From assembly GCF_009914755.1 (NCBI RefSeq), contig NC_060947.1: a DNA stretch of 64,000 nucleotides; one strand, written 5' to 3'. A model generated the notes under the pieces. That model saw only the letters and a program-made list of their open reading frames with translations, ran no database searches and had not been told where the DNA came from. The position numbers and the translations under genes are program-made. Of this stretch, positions 15,636 through 27,786 are shown one piece after another; position 1 is the first letter of the stretch, and every line of letters starts with the position of its first letter. This DNA comes from the human T2T-CHM13v2.0 reference genome, Homo sapiens.

Positions 15636-17776
15636 TTAATTGAATTCTTTAGTGTCAGGGTTTTTGCATTTTATTATATCTATCTCTGTTAATTTTCTTA
15701 TTCAGATTATTCATTGTTATTCTGACTTCTTTGCATTATCTGTGCTCTCTTCTATCTCACTGAGCTTTTTAAATATCTTATTTTGAATTCGTTTTTGGAC
15801 ATTTTATTTTTTATTATTCTGTTGTTGGAGAATTATTGTGTTTCTTTGAACATGTTGTCTCCTTGCTTTTTTATGTTTTTTTTTGTTTGTCCTTACATTG
15901 ATATCTGCATGTCTAGTATAGCTGTTGCTCCTTCCAATTTTAGGGATTGGCTTTTGTAACAATTTTTTTCTATAGATGTATTTATGGGGTATCTATTGGT
16001 TGGGTAGGGTGTTTTGGCTTTAATTCTGAGTGTGCGCAGTAGTGTAGTCTCCATGTGATTTGTCATCTGTAATCAGCATCAGTGGTGTCTGTGAGTTCCT
16101 TGGTGGCTTAGGCTGTGTTTTTTAGTGGTGGCTGTGGTGAGGCTTTGCTAGGGAAAAGGATGTCAGGTGGGCTAACCCTGGGGCTCCAGTAGTGGTGGTA
16201 GTGGATCAAGCATGCTAGTCCTTGGGCCCCCAGGCAGCGTACATGGGCACTGATGGTAGCAGGTCCAGGCAGGCTGATCACTGGGCCTCCAGGTGGCTCG
16301 CTCAGGTGCCAGCAGTTGCTAGGGGGTGGGTAGGTCCTAGAGCCTTTGGGTGGTGCATGTGGCATTGGTGATTGCAATAATGGTGAGAGGTCAACCCATG
16401 GGCCCCAGGCAGCACATGCTGATACCAGCAGTGGTGTCAGTGGGCTGGGTACACCAGTCACCAGGCCCTAGGTGGTGTGTGCAGGTGTGTATCAGCAGCA
16501 GTGGTGTTCTCTGGCCCCTGGAAGGATTGCACAGATGTGGTAGGCAGGGTGAGTCAATCCCTGGGCCCCTGGACAATGTGTGTAGGCACTGGCAGGCTGA
16601 GTGGGCCTGTTCTCAGGCCCCTAAGAGGAATGCATGAATTGCAACAGGGGTGGGTGGTGCAAGGTAATCCCCAGGCCCCCAGACTGCATGCTTAAGAGCC
16701 AGCAGCAAGTGGGCTAGGCCTATTGTTAGGTTGTCTAATGGTGCATGCACACATCAGTGACAGAAGGCAGGGAAGGCCAATCCGCAAGCCCTTAGATGAG
16801 ATTCGTGGGTACTGGCAGGGGCAGTGCTGGATGGGGTAGGCCTATCCTCAGGCCCCTCAGTGGTGCATGCAAGCAGCAGCTCTGTTAGGTGAGGCAGATC
16901 AATCCCAAGGTTTTTGGATAGCACACTCAGGTGAGGGCAGCAGTGGTTGGGAATGGTCTGTCCTCAGGGCTCAGGATGGTGCCCAGGCAGGCCAGTCCCT
17001 AGGCCCTCTGAAGGCATGTGCAGGTGCCTAATGTCTCTGCTGCTGAGAGGAGCAAGATTGTTGTCAGTGGCAGCGGCATTAGTCAGGCAGCTCTCAGGCT
17101 CTGAAGAGTATATACTTCAGCTCTCTTTGTCCTGGTGGCAGCCTCCCTGATGCACTGCACCACCCTTTTCCTAGGTAGTAGGACACTGCCAAGGACCTGA
17201 CCACACTGCTAGGTTTAGCTGGTATCGTGACACCACAACCTTCTGGGTGGACATGGGGGAAATGTCAGTGGGGTTCCAGGGAGGTGGAGATGCAGAGTCT
17301 GTTGGGCCCCAGGGCAGGAGGTAGTTCTGGCAAGCGCTAAGCTCTCAAAATGGCATGGTGCTGCAGCTGCTTGGGTCTAAGGCAGTATGTGGGACCCACT
17401 ATAAACTTCCTCTATGGAACAATGCCATTGCATGGACTTCAGGCAGCTTCCATTACTAGTTTGAGGGCCTGCTAGGGTCAAGAGACTGTCCCAGGGCTTG
17501 GCTTGCCAAAATGTGCTGCAGGAATGTAGACTGTTGAGGATCTTTCACTTATGTTTTCCTCACACTGGGGAGTTTCTCCTGAATCCCAGCCAATCCCAGC
17601 CAGCCTAGATACTGCACTTCCCTCTGCTTCTATGCCTCAGAGATTCCTTGTGACTTCCCTGCTGAATTCCAGTGTTCTCTGTTGGATGCTTTATTCAACA
17701 TGTGATTATCTATTTTCTGTTTTGGTGCTTCTTTGCAGAGTACGTGATTGATGTGGGCCTCTAGTCTGCCATCTTT
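15636..17776 (-). mobile_element. Older L1 (L1M/L1MA-type) 5'UTR and start of ORF1
   Basis: Antisense ORF1-type text at 15640-16100; GC-rich 5'UTR with repeated units; ends ctctagtctgccatctt, the reverse complement of the L1 start aagatggcagactag. Confidence 0.75.
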
Positions 17777-18188
17777 CCCAAGGTCACTGGAGAAGGGATA
17801 GCTCCCTAACAGTTTCCAGCAGAGTCTTATATGACTCTCTGGTTATGTGACAGAGTCAGATTGTTTACACTAGGTGTAAGGTATCAATAAACTGCCCTCA
17901 GTACCACCAGAGAAATTTGAAACCTCAGGGTTATAAATCACTAGTTATCCCACTGCCTTTGGTCAAGAATACATGCTAGACATTCAGGCAACTCTAGACA
18001 TAAGCATATTCTATCCTTCATAGCTACAAAGGTGGTGGCCTAGAGAAAATGCTGCTTCAGCTAAGTCTTGGAAAAAATAGGCATTTATGTTTATTGTGAA
18101 TTCAATAGTGTCAGACATTTACTTGATAGTCAATAAATGTTAAATACTTTTAAATTGGTATATGCAGAAAGCAGAATAATTTTCAACT

Positions 18189-20367
18189 AAATTTTAGTCT
18201 GTTTTCATATGGTTATAAAGATACTATGAGACTGCGTAATTTACAAACAAAAGAGGTTTAACTGACTCACAGATTTGCATGGCTGGGGAGGCCTCAGGAA
18301 ACTTACAATCATGGTGGAAGGTGAAGGGGAAGCAGGCACCTTCTTCACAATGCAGCAAGAAAGAGAGTAACAGGGGAAACTGCCACTTTTAAAATCATCT
18401 CAGGAGAACTCCCTCATTTTCATGAGAAGAGCTTGGAGGAAATGGCCCCCATGATCTAATCACGTCCCACCAGGTCCCTCCTTCAACACATAGGATTATA
18501 ATTCAAGATGAGATTTGGGTGGGGACACAGAGCCAAATCATATAATTCCACCCCTAGGCCCTCCGAAATCTCATGTCCTTTTCAGATTTCGAAACCAATC
18601 ATGCCTTTCCAACAGTGCCCCAAAGTCTTAACTCATTCCAGCATTAACCCAAAAGTCCAAGTCCAAAGTTTCATCTGAGACAAGGCAAGTGCCTTCCACC
18701 TATGAGCCTGTAAAATCAAAAGCAAGTTAGTGACTTCCAAGATACAATGGGGGCACAGGCATTGGGTAAATATTTCCATTCCAAATGGTAGAAATTGGCC
18801 AAAACAAAGGGGGCACAGGCCCCATGCAAGTCCGAAACCCAGCAAGGCAGTCATTAAACCTTGAAGCTTCATAATCCCCTTTGACTCCATGTCTCACATC
18901 CACGGCATGCAGATGCAAGGGGTGGGCTCCCAAGGCCTTGGGTAGCTCTGCTTCTGTGGCTCTGCAAGGTACAGCTCCTGTAGCTGCTTTCATGGGCTGG
19001 TGTTGGGTACTTGTGGCTTTTCCAGGAGCATGGTACAAGCTGTTAGTAGATCCACCTTTCTCAGGTCTGGAGGATGGTGGCCCTTTTCTCACAGCTCCCC
19101 TAGGCGGTGCCCCAGTGGAGACTCTGTGTGTGGGCTCACACTCCACATTTCCGTTCCGCACTGCTCTAGCAGAGACTCTCCAAGAGGGCTCCACTCCTGT
19201 GCAGACTTCTGCCGGGACATCCAGTCATTTCTATACATCCTCTGAAATCTAGGTGGAGATTCCTCTGGGCCTGTGATGGAAGGGGCTGCTGTGAAGGTCT
19301 CTAACATGGAGACCTGTTTATAATTATAATTGTAATCCCCACATGTTGAAGGAGGAACTTCAACATGTGGGGATTACAATTTAAGATGAGACTTGGCTAT
19401 TAACATTCAGCTCCTTGTTACTTATGCCAGTTTGTGCAGCTGGCTTGAATTCCTCCACAGAAAATAGATTTTTCTTTTCTAGAACATGGTCAGGTTGCAA
19501 ATTTTTCAAACTTTTATGCTCTGCTTCTCTTTTAAACATAAGTTCCAATTTCAAACCATCTCTTTGTGAACACATATAACTGAATGCTTTCAGAATAAGT
19601 CAGGTCACATCTTGAATGCTTTGCTGCTTAGAAATTTCTTCTGCCAGATACTCTAAATCACCTCTCTCAAGGTCAAAGTTTCACAGATCCATAGGGTAGG
19701 GGCAAAATGCCACCAGTCTCTTTGCTAAAGCATAGCATGAGGGACCTTTACTCCAGTTCCCAATAAGTTCCTCATCTGCATCTGAGACCACTTCAACCTG
19801 GACTTCATTGTTCATATCACTATCAGCATTTTGGTCAAAACTATTCAATGAGTCTTGAGGAAGTTCGAAATGTTCCCACATCTTCCTGTCTTCTTCTGAG
19901 CCCTCCAAACTGTTCCAACCTCTGCCTGTTACCCTTTTCCAAAGTTGCTTCTACATTTTCTGGTTATCTTCATAGCAGTACCCCACTCTTGGTGCCAATT
20001 CTCTGTATTAGTTCGTTTTCACACTGTTATAAAGATATTACCTGAGACTGGGTAATTTATAAACAAAAGAGGTTTTAATTGACTCATGATTTTGCATGGC
20101 TGGAGAGGCCTCAGGAAGCGTATAATCATGGTGGAAGGCAAAGGGGAAGAAGGCACCTTCTTCACAAGGCAGCAGGAGAGAGTACACAGGGGAAACTGCC
20201 ACTTTTAGAATCATCAGATTTCATGAGAACACCCTCATTATCACAAGAACAGCATGGGGGAAATGGCCCTCATGATCCAATCACCTCCCACCAGCTCCCT
20301 CCTTCAACATATGGGGATTACAATTCAAGATGAGATTTGGGTGTGGACACAGAGCCAAACCATATCA
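18189..20367 (-). mobile_element. MaLR provirus (THE1D/MSTA-type): LTR-internal-LTR
   Basis: LTRs at ~18189-18545 and 20004-20367; internal peptides MEGSEEDRKMWEHFELP and CSQRDGLKLELMFKREAEHKSL. Confidence 0.9.
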
Positions 20368-20509
20368 GCAGCTTAAAATTTTTTTCCTTATCATGTCTAT
20401 TATCCATAAAGTCTTTTGCCAACATTAAAAACTTTATTGTCTTACTGTCTCTGGATTGGGCTCATTTTAGATCTGAGAAGCAATAATTTATTATTTTAAT
20501 AACAAAAGC

Positions 20510-20706
20510 TATCTTTTTAGTTTCTTGTATGTGTTAGGTCCTTTAACTTATTTAATTTCAACAAAAACACTGTTTGGTATCTATGTCATCTCTGACTTGC
20601 AGATAAGAAAACAGACCCAGAGAGGGTACTTAAGTTGTCTGAAGCCAAAAAGGAGAAGTAAGCATCAAATCCAGATTAGTCTAACTCCATAGTCAGTGCT
20701 CTACAA
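20510..20706 (-). mobile_element. MIR
   Basis: ttgcagataagaaaacagacccagagagg...aagttgtctgaagcc. Confidence 0.55.
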
Positions 20707-20707
20707 C

Positions 20708-21062
20708 TATGGCAGATATGTCCCCAGGCATATCCCTTTGGCACCTTACCAACTATTCCATGCACACCAGCAGCATTCTCCTGTAAGCACCCATAATTCT
20801 CCACCTGCACATGGCAGGCCAGGAATACTAAGAATTTAATGTTACAGAGAACGGTCCTCAATCAATGTGGAATGAGAGTGGAGAACAGATACTCCTACTT
20901 CCTCACTTCTTGGGTAGAAAAATTCTGAGAAGTGTTCCAGAGGTCCCCAGCAAAATTCACACCCCGCCTTACTGATGCTTCTGGAATCACCTCCTGAAAA
21001 CACCATTTGCATTTAAATCCTTGCCTGAGAATCTAATTCTGGTGCAACCCGGCCTAAGATAA
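20708..21062 (+). mobile_element. LTR16-type LTR
   Basis: 3' end cacctcctgaaaacaccatttgcatttaaatccttgcctgagaatctaattctgg...cctaaga. Confidence 0.55.
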
Positions 21063-21217
21063 TACCACATTCTGTCAGTTTCCCTTCCAGCCTTAGCTCA
21101 GAAGTTATCTGAAAGGTCACCCAGTACAGTCTTCTACATCATTGACAGACAACCATCAGACTCTGCTTACATAATTCCAGGAAAATAATGCTTAATATTA
21201 ACATGACAACCTATTTC

Positions 21218-21523
21218 CTTTTCCTTTTTTTTTTTTTTTTTTTGAGATGGAGTCTCACTCTGTCTCCCAGGATGGAGTGTAGTGGTGCGATCTCAGCTCA
21301 CTGCAACCTCTGCTTCTCAGGTTCAAACCATCCTCCACCTCAGCCTCCCGAGTAGCTAGGATACAGGTGCAAGCTAACACACCCAGCTAATTTTTGTATT
21401 TTTAGTAGAGATGGTGTTTCACCATGTTGGCCAAGCTGGTCTCGAACTCCTGGCTTCAAGTGATCAGCCTACCTCAGCCTCCCAAAGTGTTGGGAATACA
21501 GGCGTGAGCCACTGCACCCGGCC
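21218..21523 (-). mobile_element. Alu (Jb/Sx-age), full length
   Basis: Complete antisense dimer; 15-bp TSD atgacaacctatttc at 21203-21217 and 21524-21538. Confidence 0.95.
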
Positions 21524-23203
21524 ATGACAACCTATTTCAACCGAGGAAGGTGCTACCTGTGAGCTAGTTCTTACTTGTATTCCATAGAACTATTCTTTCA
21601 TGTAACATAAAACTTTGCATTGTAGTTCAATTATCTAGAGCTAGTTCAAGGTTATGTTCTTTTTCACGTGCCAATCTTTTGCATATTTGAGGAGAGCTAT
21701 CCAGTCTTCTCAAAGCCTTCCTTATTCCATTTTTTCAATGTTTACTTGTGTTTCAATGTTCAAATGCTTAAGCACCTGATTAAGAGAATACCAAAAACTC
21801 TGAAAATGGCTTTTAAGAGTTATGTGATATAATCCCCCTTCTTGAAGTAAGGCTAGATCTAATCATGAAACACAGATGGTAAAACTGTAAATCTGAACTG
21901 AATATAATTTTTGCACTTTTTTTTCGGGCCACTGCCCAGAATTATATTATGTCCCCTTATCCCCCACCTGCAATGCTATTTCTTAATTATCAAGTAGAAA
22001 AAGAGGGCTAATTGGAATTCATCCATGGTATAGCAATTTGAAGTAAATATTTAAATTCATTTTTATGAGATTTTCAGTTTTCAGGTTTGGCAATGATGAA
22101 AAGCACCCAGATTCTGGGAGAAAAAGAATGTGATTGCTGTCTCATTCTGTGGTCATACTAATAATAGAAAATGTCTTTTATTCTTTGAAAAAAAAACTGC
22201 CCAAATTTGAAGAATTCAAAATTAACATAAAACTACTTATTTCATAAGTGTTGGCATTATCAGATTTCAAAAAAATCAACTACTGTCCATCACTATGTAC
22301 AAATCTATGTCATTATGTGAGTATCATCTATCCATCTCTAAGCCATTTACAATAAATTCATCTTTTATTCATCCTGTGGCTATGTATCGGGCATTTTGTG
22401 CCATATCCAACATAGCCATTTTGGAAAGGGATATCTTAAAAATGTATGTATTTCAGCCTTTTGCTTTCCTGCCTTTCTGTTAAGGTCTTGTAAAATTGTT
22501 CGATTTTGCAACTGCAAAGTATGTTTAGCATTAACATTTTCAAGTGTGTCTCTTAGGCTTATTCTAACATCCATCCTCTATTTAAAAATAGGTAAATGAT
22601 CAGCTTTTGAGTAAGCTCAATCCTTATAGGGATTGTGAAGAATATAACAACATTTTCCCATTTCCTCTTGGATATCATGCTCCTTTTCTCCATCATGGCA
22701 GATCAGGCAACTTATTCCTCTCTCTCTGCTTACATGTTCTTACTAAATTGCCTTATATAAATCATTTACACCTTAGACATACTAAAATTAAAACAATATA
22801 TAACGTCTTTACTTGATGTGAATTGAAAACGTCTTGTCCACTGCCAAATGTATTTTAAAAATCAATCCAAGGATATGGGAAATATGTGGAAGTGGAGTGC
22901 TCTTCCCCCACCCTTGAAACAATCTATAATTACTCAGCCACCAACACAGAAGGCCAGGTCTTGTTTAGAAACATTAGAGATTTGTATAAGAATGAGGTTG
23001 TGAATATACTCTAAGGATGCTCATAAGCCCAGGACTGGTCTGACTGCATCAGCATCATGGGGGTGTTTACAAAATACAAATCCCTGGGATCCACCCCTAG
23101 AGATTATTATTTTGAGGGTCTGGGGAAGGTAGAGAGAAAGGAATAAAGGGAGAGGAGGGAGGAAGAAAGAGAAGAAGAAAAGAAAGTGAGCAAATAATTG
23201 TGA

Positions 23204-23576
23204 TGATATGGTTTGGCTCTGTGTCCCCACCTAAATTTCATGTTGAATTGTAATTCCCAGTGTTAGGACAGGGACCTGGTTGGAGGTGATTGGATCATGG
23301 GGGTGGAATTCCCCCTTGCTGTTCTCGTGATAGTGAGTTCTCATGAGGTCTGGTTGTTTAAAAGAGTGTAGCACTTCCCCCTTTGTTCTCTCTCTCCCGC
23401 TTTGCCATGTGAAGAAGGTGCTTGCTTCCCCCTCCACCATGATCTAAGTTTCCTGAGGTCTCCCCAACCCTGCTTCCTATACAGCTGGTGGAACTGTGAG
23501 TCAATTAAACCTCTTTTCTTCATAAATTACCTCGTCTCAGGTGGTTTTTATAGCAATGTGAGAATGGACTAATACA
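23204..23576 (+). mobile_element. MSTA solo LTR
   Basis: tgatatggtttggctctgtgtcccc...gagaatggactaataca with TG...CA ends; 5-bp TSD tgtga at 23199-23203 and 23577-23581. Confidence 0.92.
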
Positions 23577-26500
23577 TGTGATAAACTTCAGGTTCAATGT
23601 TTAGTAATGATGTCTGAGTCAAGCTTATGAGAATTCCTCCTGCACAGTATGTTATAAAAGTTTTTCCGCTCACATACAATGCTGTAACAAGCATTCCTAC
23701 TTGGGTGTGGGAGGGCAGTAATGATGACAGAGGGGTATGATAATCATCCTGCTTCATAGAAAGCAAAGTGTAGTCTTTCCCCAAGTCAGTTATCATTACA
23801 AGTCCAGGTTTCATATATAAAACCAAGAATTTATAACATTAACATAACATTTAAATAAGGCTCTGAGCATTTGAGCATAGATTTTAATCTTCATTCTCTT
23901 CCAAATTGATATTTGTTGAGGTTTCTCTGGAACCTCATGTCAGATTTACTAGTTATGGCGCTTTTGTTATTGTACTTCCCAGATACTCTTAGAAACATTT
24001 AGAGCCTTGTGCAAAGTTTTCTAATGGGAATCAAGGAAACTCTTTGCCATAATAGGGCTGAGACTTCAGGCCTTGTGGGCTTCAGCCCTTTTCCCATCTT
24101 CAGCTCTCTCTTGCCTAATCTGGTGGTCCTGTACAGAAGTACATGAAGATATTCAACTAGAATATTCTAGTTAGAGACCTGCCATGATCAAAGGTGTGTT
24201 TGTCTATGTGAAGCACATGCTATCTTGTCTCTGATCCCACAGAGAATACTCTCCATACTGATTATTAAAATGCTTTTATATTTACAAATGTACTCTGTGA
24301 GTAAGCTTCATCATTACCACCTCCTCCTCTACACCCACCTCTTCCCTTGGTGTTTTCCTCTTCACTTTTCTCTTTGCCCAGTTCTGACCGTGTCTTATTT
24401 TCCCGACATTCCCACAGCCTAATACTGTTGTCTTATTCTTCATAGACCTCTCATCCTCTACCTCCACAAATATATCTCACATCTCTACATGACTCACTCT
24501 TTTTCCTTGATCTTTTAGACTTTCCCAAAGAAAGCACTCTCATACTCAGTGTCTGGTTGTTCTCTAATCTTCAGTTTTCCCTCCGAACATCTCACACAGG
24601 AGCCTGTTGTAACACTTTTGTTCTGTGTTATTTAGTTGTACTGCATTTTCTTAGGAAAAAAACACTCAAAAATCCATTATTCTACTTTGTTTCCTTTCTT
24701 TTTCTCCCTCCTATTTCAGTAAATCATAATGCATTTTAGAGCTTATTTTCATTTTCTAATATTACAAACACAAGGAAAAAAAATGCAGAGTTTTTCCTTC
24801 CTTCAAAAAGAGCCCAGAGCTGATAGTGTTAGAGATATAGTCCAATTTAAGTTCTATTGAAAGTACAGTGTAGGCTTGGGGTGTTCTATAAATATCAGCC
24901 ACATTTCCCAAAGCTGTCCATGGTTTATACAGAAGACCCCAATTAAACTCAAAACAGCTGAAGGAATAAACCTGTCAAAAAATTCATTTATCATGTACCA
25001 GTCAGGTTAGACCATGGAATAAGTCAAATTCTAATTTCCTTAAAGTCATTGAGTCTTCATATTTTGATAAAGTCATGTCCTAAATAGTGAACCCATTTGG
25101 TTTTAAACAGTCATATAAACAAGCTTTTTATTTTAGCGGTGCTTGTTCTCATTTGTTTAATTTGATCACACATTTAGGGCAATCAAATGTAAATGAAATC
25201 TCCTCTCTCTAAACCTGTAATGCTTTCTGTCACCTCTTCTTTGATATCTAACACATAGACGTTGACTCCCTATGTCAACCTTTGTTTCCTATGTTTCAAA
25301 ATATTATGACAGGGCTTGAGTCAAAAACGGTGTGCTAAGTTTCAAACCCCTAGTCCCCTAAGGATATCTAGGTTAGAGTGTGGGAAAAAGTGTAGGAGAT
25401 GACAGTGCTGAATACAGAGTGACTCTGGATTTTCATGAGCAGGTTTATATTCTGTTTACCAAGAGTAGGTAGTCACAAGTTATGGAGAAGAAACATAGTG
25501 GCAGTGACAGGTGACTGTCAATAGAATCTAGCTAAGGCCAAAATTTGCCTTAGCAGGCTGAGGTGTCTCCATGGAATAAAATGCTCTGATTTGAAAGATT
25601 TATTTCCAAATAAGCTAGTCTTCTGATAAAACTGTCCCTTTTTATTTCTCTAGTTCTGGTACAATGAGTTAAATTCTTATGATTCTTAGCAGGGATTGGA
25701 TATGAACACTATCTTTGAATTAACAGGACAAGTTTCTCTGAGTGATGTCCTACACAATAAAGACAGAAAGCCAGAATCATTCTTAAACTTCTAAATGTGA
25801 GTCCTAGCTTTAATATTAAGTGTTCACACAAAAACTTTCTGTTTCCTTTTAATACAATCACTTCTTTGTCAATGGGCTTTCCCAAGTTTATCACCCAAGA
25901 ATATTGGCAATAAAGAGCTGGAAATATCAAAATTCAGTAGTTTTATTCCCTATGTTTCCTCACACTATGCCATCCAGGCTGTCCCTCTTTGTATGCTATC
26001 TTTTAAACCAACACTATTATTTCAAGAAAGAACGTGGACAACCCTTTAAATTTGGTCTTGGATTTGTTTTAAGAGCAGATTTCCCAACATGACCTCAGAA
26101 GCAGCACTGCCAGTTCTTCTTGTCCATTAGTATTTGTGTTCAGTGTCCTGAAAAAAATGTCTATTTTGCCAATTAGTTCACACTCATTTGGACACATACC
26201 TGACCAAGAGAAAGATGTCTTCTAATCCACTAGAGCTGAAGGACCAAAAAACTGGAAATGCAATATTGAGTTGGGAATATTTTGGAACTAACCACACAAA
26301 TTATTTCTATGTATTCACCATAGCAGGTTTTCCCAACATATTTAGCAATGAATAGCACAGTCAGTGACATCTGAACCTCTAAGCTCTTTTACATCATTTC
26401 AATAATTTATCTCATCCAACTTTGCTCATTTCTTTAATTTTTTTTATTAGACTGAGTTTTCCTACATTTTATCTAGCTTCCAAGCAACCAGCATTAATCC

Positions 26501-26929
26501 TTCATCCATTCAAGCACCTTACTTGGTACTAGGATTATATCCCTGCCTTCAATTTCCTTTTGAAATATTCATTACTTTTCCTGCTGTTTAAAATTGTAAA
26601 ATATTTCTGATATGCACATTTAGCCTGAGGTAGATGAATGCGATTCTATAGAATGAAACAACAGGGTATGACAGTTCTGCGGAAAAAAAAAAGTCATTTG
26701 AAATTAGCTTTCTTAGAAATCTATTAACCCTTCATTTATGTCTGCTGAACATTCCATATAAAACACAATGCACTGCTGACATAATCTCTGTGCTGTTTTA
26801 TTCTTTAATGAACAAAAAATAAAACTAAAGGAGAGAAATTATCCGATGGGGTAATATTTGAGAGCACAGTTAACATTTTAATTTCTTTTTGAGCATTGAC
26901 AAATTTGCCCATATATTGAGGAAGTGGTT

Positions 26930-27275
26930 CTTAATTAATTCGTTGATTCAGAATGTTATTAAGCCCCAACATGAGCCAGGTACTGTGCTAGGTACTGAGG
27001 TATACAGCATTTAAAGACAACCCCCCACTCAAGTAGCATCTAAGCCAGTAGGTAGAGAGAAAAAATAATTATAATACCACATGTGCTACAAGTTAAGAGC
27101 AAGCTAAGAACAAGATGCCAGTTTAGGTGATGAGAAAAGGACTTCTTCAGGACTGAAGAAGTAAGAGTAAGGCAGGTAAAGAAAGGGAGAAATGGTATTT
27201 CAGCCAAAGGGAACAGTATAAACAAAGGTGCAAACGCTGGAGGATAAATTGCATGTATGGGAGTGGCTAAATTCA
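26930..27275 (-). mobile_element. L2 3' fragment
   Basis: ttattaagcccc...gagccaggtactgtgctaggtactgagg...agggaacagtataaacaaagg. Confidence 0.65.
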
Positions 27276-27595
27276 GGATGGCCTCCATCATCCAGGATGC
27301 TTAAGCTTGCAATTGGTGTGCTTGCCTCAGATTTGCCAAATAACTTATTTGTGATATGGACAAGCATTAGAATAATGTAAAACAAAACACTAAGTAGGAT
27401 TTCTACTGTCTGCATATACAGATGACTTTAAACTTCATGCACTTGACTACTTCACAGTGGTACTTGTTTGTGAATGCATGTGACAGGAACAGACAAAAAA
27501 ATTATTTACCTGATAAACCAGTTTTACATTATCAACATGGAGGAGTAAGAATATGTTCTTTAGGAAAATTATTTAGGCAAGACCATTGTCTTAGA

Positions 27596-27786
27596 GCCAT
27601 GGTTCTCAAACTTTCGGGTACACCAGAAAAACCTGTAGTCCTTGTTAAAATACAGATTGCTGGGCTCCATCCCCAGAGTTTTTGATTTATCAGATATGAG
27701 GTAAGGGCTGAGAGTGTGCATTTCTAACAAGTTCCCAAGTGATGCTGATGCTGCTGCTCTTGGGCCACACTTGGAGAAACACTGGT
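27596..27786. mobile_element. MER5A
   Basis: catggttctcaaactt...ttgttaaaatacagattgctgggctccatccccagag...gcatttctaacaagttcccaagtgatgctgatgctg...ccacacttggagaaacactg. Confidence 0.85.

Noticed and set aside
16100-17600. GC-rich block as a possible CpG-island promoter
   Set aside because: CpG-depleted and explained by an old L1 5'UTR.
24155-24172. 18-bp perfect palindrome aactagaatattctagtt
   Set aside because: AT-rich 9-bp half-site; plausible by chance.
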